Part shown: piece after piece, positions 15,891-22,215 of the stretch | Numbering within the stretch: position 1 is the first letter of the stretch | How the letters are laid out: each line of letters begins with the position of its first letter | DNA from: Acidobacteriota bacterium | Lineage (GTDB): Bacteria > Acidobacteriota > UBA6911 > JACQSX01 | Direction of reading: 5' to 3' | DNA length: 22,215 nucleotides | Assembly: GCA_036507075.1 (NCBI GenBank) | Contig: DASXQR010000205.1 | Location: 1 to 22,215, forward strand | Notes under the pieces: model-generated | Databases searched by the model: none | Seen by the model: only the letters and a program-made list of their open reading frames with translations | What the model was told of the DNA's origin: nothing | Program-made: the position numbers and the translations under genes

Positions 15891-17039
15891 ATGTTCCCGT
15901 TTGACCGCCGTCGATTCCTGCAATTGGCCGGGTTGACAATCGCCAATCGCATCCAGCCCGGGTGGGGAGCTATTGAGCAACCCGCTAAATCCGATCGCAA
16001 GCTCATCATCGTCACGTTTGGCGGCGGGGTGCGCTATTCGGAAACCTTCGCGTCGGAAGGCTTGAAAAACATCCCGTACCTTGCGAAGCTGCAACCGCAG
16101 GGCCTTTTCTTTTCGCGCTGCACCAACAGCGGCGTGCTCTCGCATTTCAATTCCACAGCCAGCATCGTCACCGGCAACTGGCAGCGAGTCGATGACTTCG
16201 GATTTGAAGCGCCCGCCACTCCTACTGTTTTTGAGTATTATCGCAAGCAATCAAAGGCGAGCCCGATGGATGCCTGGGTGATCGCCACCAACAAGAGTTT
16301 TTCCACGATGGGCGCGGGATCGGATCGGGATTGGGGAATGCCGTACGGCGCCAACGTGGTTTTGCCGAAACAACTGCTGCTGGAAGCGGTAAGCAACGTG
16401 ATTAAGAAGAAACCCGAGCACGGTGTCGCCAGCCGGGAGAACGTTCTGCGGCAACTGGAGAGCATCCTGAATGAGGGATATGAAGGAGTGGGCTGGACTA
16501 TTTTCAAAGCGGGACGCCAACTGGACCGCGAGGTGCGGGAGATGCTGACTCGCGGGTTAATTGAATATATCAATGGCCCCGAGACTCCCAGCTCGGGCGA
16601 TGAGCTCACCTTTTTCATCACCCGCGAGGTAATGCGGGAGTTCAGCCCTCGTCTGATCCTGGTAAATTTCTGGGACATGGATGTTGCTCATTGGGGCTCT
16701 TACTCGCTTTACCTGCAGGCGATCACGCGAACGGACCGGCTTGTCGGCCTGCTTTGGGAAGAAATCCAGACCAACGCCAAATACCGCGGCAGGACGACGC
16801 TCCTGGTTTTACCGGAAATCGGCCGGGACGGCGATTTCAATGCCGCAAATGGTTTTCTCAACCATCGCAGCGGAGACGCGTCCTGTCGAAATGTCTGGCT
16901 GCTTGCTATGGGAGCGGGAATATCGCCGGGACAGGTCGAACGGCCGGTTTTCCACGTGGACGTGTGCGCCACGGCCGCCGAGTTACTGGGGATGAAAGCG
17001 GGTGAAATGGCGGGCCGGCCGATTAAGGAGATTCTGTAG
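15891..17039 (+). CDS. Tat-signal alkaline-phosphatase-superfamily protein, DUF1501-like
   Basis: DRRRFL twin-arginine motif. The order LIIVTFGGGVR - SHFNSTASIVTG - LILVNFWDMDVAH - TDRLVGLLW - TTLLVLPEIGRD - NH - VDVCATAAELLG follows the AP/sulfatase core. GGG and EIGR recall the DUF1501 LxGG and EFGR motifs. GAGAGG RBS. Confidence 0.7.
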   Translation: MFPFDRRRFLQLAGLTIANRIQPGWGAIEQPAKSDRKLIIVTFGGGVRYSETFASEGLKNIPYLAKLQPQGLFFSRCTNSGVLSHFNSTASIVTGNWQRVDDFGFEAPATPTVFEYYRKQSKASPMDAWVIATNKSFSTMGAGSDRDWGMPYGANVVLPKQLLLEAVSNVIKKKPEHGVASRENVLRQLESILNEGYEGVGWTIFKAGRQLDREVREMLTRGLIEYINGPETPSSGDELTFFITREVMREFSPRLILVNFWDMDVAHWGSYSLYLQAITRTDRLVGLLWEEIQTNAKYRGRTTLLVLPEIGRDGDFNAANGFLNHRSGDASCRNVWLLAMGAGISPGQVERPVFHVDVCATAAELLGMKAGEMAGRPIKEIL

Positions 17040-17043
17040 TTTG

Positions 17044-17203
17044 AACCGCAAAGAACGCAAAGAACGCCAAGGGTTCTAATTGCCGATTTGGGTCGACGGA
17101 TCGTTCGGCATCATTGGTTGCACTTCTCCCGTGTTGGAAGATTGCAACCGTAACTTAGCTAGCGGCACAAGATCTCTTGGCGTTCTTGGCGGTCTTCGCG
17201 GTG
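17044..17203. repeat. Palindromic element with 9-bp-period arms (AACCGCAAAGAACGCAAAGAACGCCAAG)
   Basis: Arms 17044-17071 and 17176-17203 are 24/28 complementary; internal hairpins at 17081-17110 and 17116-17149. Confidence 0.9.
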
Positions 17204-17236
17204 AAGCTTTTTTTGCCTGATCCCGAACCGCTGGTT

Positions 17237-18610
17237 ATGCAATCGACTCCGAGAGTCTCGCCCAGTATCCAGGCCTTGATTGATAAAGGTCTCTTTGACC
17301 GCATCCCGGTCACGTTCTCCACTTTTTTCTTCGACAGGATCAGAGAGTGGGAATTGCTCTTTCCCGCTGAGAAGAATTATTACGAACGATTGTCTGCGCT
17401 GATTGACCGATCTGACAATTCGGCCGTGGAAAAGCTCTTTGTGCCGCTGCGAGAAGTGGAAATCAAAATGGGCGTCACCGACAAGATCTGGCCCAGGCGT
17501 CAATTCACGCTGGACCAGGTCGATTTTCTAAATCGTTCGCCTTACTACACGGAATGGCGACAAGCCATTGCCGCCATTTTTTCCCAATTAGACCCGCTGC
17601 TGGATGCCGAGGTTGCCAGGATAGGTCACGCGCGGCTGGTGGTGGTAGTTTCTCCTGCAGAGCTTCCCGTGGGGCCGGACCGGATGTGGCTTCGATTGAG
17701 AAAGATGGGCAAAACAATTCCGCTCAATCTTTCGGCGCTTAAGGACATTCAGGATTACATCGCGCTGCTGCTCACCGGCGCAAACCGGCACGAAGGCCGT
17801 CCCACCATCGCGCAGCTCTATGCAGCGGCAAGGCCGAAGTCTCCATATGACGTCTGGCTGGTTGAGGCAGGCAACTCTCTTTTCGCTCTGACCGAACATT
17901 CACAAAGACAATCTTCAACATTCAGAAACTCAGGCCCGCAGCCGGAGCGCGGACCTGCCGCCGCCCCAGGAATCATCGTACAGACAGAACACCCGGCGCA
18001 GGAGATCGTCGCTCTCAGCTATCAGCGCCTGCAGACCTACCGGACGCGGCTCATGGGTGAAGTAAACAGGATGGTCAAAACCGAGGAAATACGCGGTCCC
18101 CGTCAACTGGGAGAGAAGCTGAAACAGCTGAAAATGAACTCTGCCGAGGAAGGAAACGCGCGCGATCCGGTCGTGGCTGAATTTGTCCGCGCCACTCTGC
18201 TCAATGGCAACGGGACACTATTGATCAACAACACCTTTGTCGAATGGGCAACGGTGCAGGCCGCAAGGCGAGCGCGCCCTTCTTTAGCCGTTGTCTCATT
18301 CGGCATTCGAAACAAGATAAAACCGTTCAGCAGCCTGCTCATCTATTCTGATCAGGAAAACGTCACGCCCATTCCCACACAGATGGACACGCTGGGTTCC
18401 TATGTGGACCTGGAAATTTTCAACCATTATCTGTGGCTGGAATTCGAAAAGTACGCGGAATACCGGCGCAACACGGCCTACCTTTTTGTAGTTGAGGGGA
18501 TGGATGAGATGCTGGTCATTTCCCCACCCGATTTCGTGCTCGAGACAAAGCAGCAACCCGCGAGTCTGGTTGAGGTATTCGGCTGGGCCAGGGAATGGCT
18601 CGGTCTTTGA
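17237..18610 (+). CDS. Hypothetical protein (457 aa), no signal peptide; start re-assigned to ATG 17237
   Basis: Long ORF co-oriented with the arm and with globular-looking composition. The ORF-track TTG at 17177 lies within a repeat arm. No family recognised. Confidence 0.85.
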   Translation: MQSTPRVSPSIQALIDKGLFDRIPVTFSTFFFDRIREWELLFPAEKNYYERLSALIDRSDNSAVEKLFVPLREVEIKMGVTDKIWPRRQFTLDQVDFLNRSPYYTEWRQAIAAIFSQLDPLLDAEVARIGHARLVVVVSPAELPVGPDRMWLRLRKMGKTIPLNLSALKDIQDYIALLLTGANRHEGRPTIAQLYAAARPKSPYDVWLVEAGNSLFALTEHSQRQSSTFRNSGPQPERGPAAAPGIIVQTEHPAQEIVALSYQRLQTYRTRLMGEVNRMVKTEEIRGPRQLGEKLKQLKMNSAEEGNARDPVVAEFVRATLLNGNGTLLINNTFVEWATVQAARRARPSLAVVSFGIRNKIKPFSSLLIYSDQENVTPIPTQMDTLGSYVDLEIFNHYLWLEFEKYAEYRRNTAYLFVVEGMDEMLVISPPDFVLETKQQPASLVEVFGWAREWLGL

Positions 18611-18612
18611 GG

Positions 18613-18760
18613 GAACCGCCAAGAACGCAAAGAACGCCAAGGCACTAATGCATCCAATCCGATCACTCCGGCAAATAACTCAAAGTAGAGTACCAGTGCA
18701 CGCGCAAACGAGATGCCACCAAACTTATACCCTTGGCGCTCTTGGCGTTCTTGGCGGTTC
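18613..18760. repeat. Palindromic element with 9-bp-period arms between convergent genes
   Basis: GAACCGCCAAGAACGCAAAGAACGCCAAGG (18613-18642) is 28/30 complementary to 18731-18760; the arm is nearly identical to 17044-17071. Confidence 0.93.
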
Positions 18761-18775
18761 AATAGGCGGGTCAAT

Positions 18776-19750
18776 CTAGGCGGTTCTCCCGAGCCGTTCC
18801 TTTCTGGCCGCCAGCAGCTCGTCGACCTCGTCCAGGATTTTTCGGGAAAGGAGCACGTCGGCCGCCGGCGCGGTTTCTTCAATCTGGGACGGCCGGCGGG
18901 CGCCGACGATAGCCGCCGTCACTTCGTCGCGCCGCAGCACCCAGGCAATGGCAAATTGGGCCCGTGTAATTCCGATCTTGCGCGCGATGGTCTCCAGTTG
19001 TTCCACTAATGCCAGGTTGGCAGTCACATCCGGGTTGCAGAAACGCGGGTTCTTGCGGCGCCAGTCGTCGGACGGCAGAGAAGAGATGCGCTGCCGGTCG
19101 AAGGCACCCGTAAGGAGACCACACTCCATCGGGCTGTAAGCCACCACGCCAATGCCCTGCAACCGGCAAAAATCAAAGGCCGACTCGATTTCGGGACGCA
19201 GCATGCTGTAAGGAGGCTGCATTGACGCAATCGGGTGAATGGGAAGGAGCCGCTTCATTTGTTCGACCGAAAAATTTGAAACGCCTGCGTAACGAACTTT
19301 ACCCTCCCCGACAAGTTTGCTGATCTCTCCCCAGGCATCTTCGATTTGTTCATCCGGGATGGGCCAGTGAATCTGGTAAAGGTCAATCCTTTCGACCTGA
19401 AGTCGCTTGAGACTGGCCTCGCATTCCTGACGAACACTCTTCGGACGAAGGTCGCCGTAGAGCTCTCCTTGTGAATCCTCCCTGCGGCCGCACTTGGTGG
19501 CAACCAGGACCTCAGTTCCGATGTCCTTGAGCGCCCGGCCGACCACCTTCTCGGAATGACCGATACCATAGACGGCCGCAGTATCGATCCAGTTAATCCC
19601 CAGCTTCACCGCGCGCCGGATAGCGGCAATGGACTGATTGTCATCCTGGGCCCCCCAGGCAAACTTCCAACCGGAGCCTCCGATGGCCCATGCACCCAAT
19701 CCCACGACGGTCAATTCAAGATCGGTAAAACCAAGTTTGCGGGTTCTCAT
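18776..19750 (-). CDS. Aldo/keto reductase; start re-assigned to ATG 19750
   Basis: MRTRKLG...VGLGAWAIGG; catalytic tetrad motifs IDTAAVYG (D, Y), VATKCG (K), IDLYQIHWP (H); GVSNF, YSPM. Confidence 0.95.
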   Translation of the reverse strand: MRTRKLGFTDLELTVVGLGAWAIGGSGWKFAWGAQDDNQSIAAIRRAVKLGINWIDTAAVYGIGHSEKVVGRALKDIGTEVLVATKCGRREDSQGELYGDLRPKSVRQECEASLKRLQVERIDLYQIHWPIPDEQIEDAWGEISKLVGEGKVRYAGVSNFSVEQMKRLLPIHPIASMQPPYSMLRPEIESAFDFCRLQGIGVVAYSPMECGLLTGAFDRQRISSLPSDDWRRKNPRFCNPDVTANLALVEQLETIARKIGITRAQFAIAWVLRRDEVTAAIVGARRPSQIEETAPAADVLLSRKILDEVDELLAARKERLGRTA

Positions 19751-19763
19751 TTGAGAAGAATCC

Positions 19764-21371
19764 TCAGTTATTGACCGCCTTTTCGGCCCCCAGGCCGGTA
19801 TTGGCGCGGACCAGCAGCTCGGTAAATTTCGCCTCGGCCTGCGGCTCGCGTGACAGCATCGTTCCTGCCAAGGCGGCAAGAAAACCGAGCGGGATGCTGA
19901 TAATACCGGGATTCTCCAGCGGAAAGACCGGAGCCCTCTGGATCAGATGCCTGGCAGCGCCGGCAGTTCCGGCCGGATCAATTCCCATGATGCTCGGGCT
20001 GATCAGGATCAAAATAATGGACGACAGCAGACCCGCGCCAAGGCCCATAACGGCGCCCACAGTGTTAAAGCGCTTCCAAAAAAGTGACAACACGATGACC
20101 GGCAGGTTGGCCGAAGCGGCCACCGCAAAGGCGAGCCCCACCAGAAACGCCACGTTGGCAGTCGGCCCGAGAACGATTGCGATCAGGATGGCGATGCCGC
20201 CGACCACGAATGCCGTCACGCGCGCCACCAGGACTTCCTCACCGGCGCGCCGCTCCGCCCCTCGATGCACCACATTGGTCCAGAAATCATGCGCGAACGA
20301 AGTCGACGCGCTGATGGTAAGCCCGGCCACGACGGCAAGAATGGTGGCGAATGCGATCGACGAGATGAATGCAAAAAAGATGTCCCCGCCCAGGGCCTGA
20401 GCCAGCAGCGGAGCGCTCATGTTGATGCCGCCGTTCACCGAGATACGGTCGCGGCCTACGATGGTGGCGGCGCCGAACCCAAGAAAGGTCGTCATGATAT
20501 AGAACGAGCCGATCAGCACCATGGCCCAAACCACGCTGGCGCGCGCGGTGCGCGCGTCCGGGACGGTGTAAAAACGGACCAATATATGGGGAAGCCCCGC
20601 CGTCCCGAAGATCAGCGCCAGCCCCAGCGAAATAAGATCGAGAGCGCCATAAGGAGGCTTGAAACGCAGGCCGGGCTGAAGGAAGTCCTGCTTTACTTCA
20701 ATTCCCTGTACGTTGTGATAAGTCACGTTTGCCACCGCCTGGAAGAACGCGCTGAAACTGCCGCCGAAATGCGTCACTACCATCAGGCTCAGCAGCAGCG
20801 TTCCGGCCATCAGCAGGATCGCCTTAATGATCTGCACCCAGGTGGTTGCCAGCATCCCGCCAAAGACCACGTAGACGATCATCAACAATCCCACACCGAT
20901 TACCGCCGCGTGGTAACTCACTCCCGAGCTTCTTAGCAGCAGCGTCACCAGCGCCCCTGCGCCAACCATCTGGGCGATCATGTAAAACGTGCTCACCGTC
21001 AACGTGCTTAACGAAGCCATGGCTCGAACGGGACGCGGCCTGAGCCGGTAAGCAACGACATCAGCCATGGTGTACTTGCCGGAATTGCGCAGCGGCTCGG
21101 CCACTACCAGCAGCACGGTCAGGTAAGCTACCAGCCATCCAACCGAATACATGAAGCCGTCGAAACCCTGGAACGCAATCATGCCTGCAATCCCCAGAAA
21201 AGAGGCGGCGCTCATATAGTCACCCGACACGGCCAGCCCGTTTTGCCAGCCGGTAATCTGCCGGTTGGCGGCAAAAAAGGCGCTGGCCCCGCGCGATCGG
21301 CGTGCCGCCCAATAGGTAATGCAGAGGGTGATGGCGATAAACACCAGAAACATCAACAGCGCTGCGGACAT
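19764..21371 (-). CDS. actP: Cation/acetate symporter ActP-like (solute:sodium symporter family)
   Basis: WQNGLAVSGDYMSAASFLG, LVVAEPLRNSGKYTMADV, YMIAQMVGAG, FGGMLATTWVQIIKA, GTAGLPHILVRFYTVP and AFATILAVVAGL motifs; lies directly downstream of a DUF485 gene. Confidence 0.9.
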   Translation of the reverse strand: MSAALLMFLVFIAITLCITYWAARRSRGASAFFAANRQITGWQNGLAVSGDYMSAASFLGIAGMIAFQGFDGFMYSVGWLVAYLTVLLVVAEPLRNSGKYTMADVVAYRLRPRPVRAMASLSTLTVSTFYMIAQMVGAGALVTLLLRSSGVSYHAAVIGVGLLMIVYVVFGGMLATTWVQIIKAILLMAGTLLLSLMVVTHFGGSFSAFFQAVANVTYHNVQGIEVKQDFLQPGLRFKPPYGALDLISLGLALIFGTAGLPHILVRFYTVPDARTARASVVWAMVLIGSFYIMTTFLGFGAATIVGRDRISVNGGINMSAPLLAQALGGDIFFAFISSIAFATILAVVAGLTISASTSFAHDFWTNVVHRGAERRAGEEVLVARVTAFVVGGIAILIAIVLGPTANVAFLVGLAFAVAASANLPVIVLSLFWKRFNTVGAVMGLGAGLLSSIILILISPSIMGIDPAGTAGAARHLIQRAPVFPLENPGIISIPLGFLAALAGTMLSREPQAEAKFTELLVRANTGLGAEKAVNN

Positions 21372-21372
21372 A

Positions 21373-21804
21373 TTACTTTTCCCTCTGATCCAGGCCCAGC
21401 TTTCGCAGGATGTCGCGGGCCATGCGGTCCCAGCGCGAGGCGGAACGCGCGTAAAGCGCCGCGATCGTCCAGGCCATCAAGAACTGCGACAGCGCAAAAA
21501 GATATGCCAGATTGACCACGCCGATTCTGGTTCTCATCAGGGCCGGCGCATACCCCACCAGAACCGGGAGCGTAAAGTAATAGACCAGGAAGAAAACCGT
21601 GGCGGGAATGACGAACCTCAGTTTGGCGGCAACCAGGCTCCGAAATTCCTGCAGCGACGCAACACGGTCCCAGTCTGCGACATCGATGTCCTGATCCGCA
21701 CTCTGTTCGTGGGCGGGAACTCCACGATCCCGCCCCAGGGGCGCCACATCGGTACTGGATCCGGAAACAGGCGTGAGATCCTTGCCTTTCAAATCTTCGT
21801 TCAT
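21373..21804 (-). CDS. DUF485 (YjcH-like) membrane protein
   Basis: EFRSLVAAKLRFVIPATVFFLVYYF...YARSASRWD with two TM segments; canonical position upstream of actP. Confidence 0.88.
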   Translation of the reverse strand: MNEDLKGKDLTPVSGSSTDVAPLGRDRGVPAHEQSADQDIDVADWDRVASLQEFRSLVAAKLRFVIPATVFFLVYYFTLPVLVGYAPALMRTRIGVVNLAYLFALSQFLMAWTIAALYARSASRWDRMARDILRKLGLDQREK

Positions 21805-21848
21805 ATCGTATGGTGGTCGCTTGTGATTATTTCGGCACTTCTTCGCAG

Positions 21849-21969
21849 TCGGAGAGACGGCCTGAGGGCCGTCTCAGGGAATCTCACACTTTGTGAGTAG
21901 AGGGCGCGCTCCGGTCGTTTCTCCGCTATGTGAAGCCCGCCTGAGACGGCCCTCAGGCCGTCTCTCCGA
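21849..21969. repeat. REP doublet (REPIN-like): perfect 30-bp inverted repeat, each arm itself a hairpin
   Basis: TCGGAGAGACGGCCTGAGGGCCGTCTCAGG (21849-21878) is the exact reverse complement of 21940-21969; internal stem GAGACGGCC-TGAG-GGCCGTCTC. Confidence 0.95.
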
Positions 21970-22052
21970 TCACAAAATGGAGGGACAGAATCATATATCG
22001 CGATTGCCGACAGACATGCAAGTGAAGATCGGCTCCCAGGCTGTCAGGCTGG

Positions 22053-22087
22053 GGTCATTGGTCATTGGTCATCTGTCATTGGTCATT
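22053..22087. repeat. Heptamer tandem repeat (GGTCATT) x5
   Basis: GGTCATT GGTCATT GGTCATC TGTCATT GGTCATT read directly. Confidence 0.92.
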
Positions 22088-22089
22088 AA

Positions 22090-22215
22090 GGGTATTTACT
22101 TGACTCCACCTACCACAACATATAGTTATTTTGCCCGTGCGCGAAGATTACCCCCGGACGCTCCCAGAGTTGGAGGCTCGGTTCAGCACAGAAGCCGCAT
22201 GCTTGGCGTATCTGT
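22090..22215 (+). mobile_element. Left end of an IS1595-family insertion sequence, truncated by the window edge
   Basis: GGGTATTTACTTGACTCC at 22090 resembles IS1595-type terminal repeats (by recall), and a transposase-like reading frame starts 47 nt inside the end. Confidence 0.75.
22137..22215 (+). CDS. IS1595-family transposase, N-terminal 26 codons (partial; not in the ORF track)
   Basis: From GTG 22137 the frame reads VREDYPRTLPELEARFSTEAACLAYL, matching the EDYPRT...F.TE.AC..YL start that precedes the RWP/Zn-ribbon of IS1595 transposases. Confidence 0.8.
   Translation, partial: MREDYPRTLPELEARFSTEAACLAYL

Noticed and set aside
18613..18760. Classical intrinsic terminator between the convergent operons
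   Set aside because: There is no U-tract and the loop is about 90 nt. It is recorded as a repeat element, although it may still affect transcript ends.
22090..22215. Ribonucleotide reductase promoter implied by the NrdR-like box
   Set aside because: The downstream frame reads as an IS1595 transposase N-terminus, not an Nrd protein.
1..22215. tRNA, rRNA, riboswitch, phage or defence genes
   Set aside because: No recognisable signatures on either strand by inspection; an Infernal/Rfam scan would be needed to exclude small RNAs.

Overview
A 22.2-kb bacterial segment, probably Acidobacteriota (inferred from gene content), bounded at both ends by partial insertion sequences: a probable IS4-family end at the left and an IS1595-family left end with the start of its transposase at the right. 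Each IS end abuts a heptamer tandem repeat. The core (168-18610) is a divergently transcribed cell-envelope locus. The leftward arm encodes a CRTAC1/ASPIC-UnbV protein, a large Tat-signal FG-GAP + ASPIC-UnbV + TPR protein, a small secreted protein, a TPR protein and another CRTAC1/ASPIC-UnbV protein. The rightward arm encodes an Oar-type TonB-dependent receptor, a TPR protein, a Tat-signal molybdopterin oxidoreductase with an unusual CVQC motif and no MsrQ partner in the window, a Tat-signal DUF1501/alkaline-phosphatase-fold protein and an unknown 457-aa protein. A converging DUF485-actP-aldo/keto reductase operon follows. Nearly every sizeable intergenic gap holds a palindromic or tandem repeat from at least three families, and two repeat tracts appear to be translated in frame. 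All calls come from reading motifs by eye; no database searches were run.
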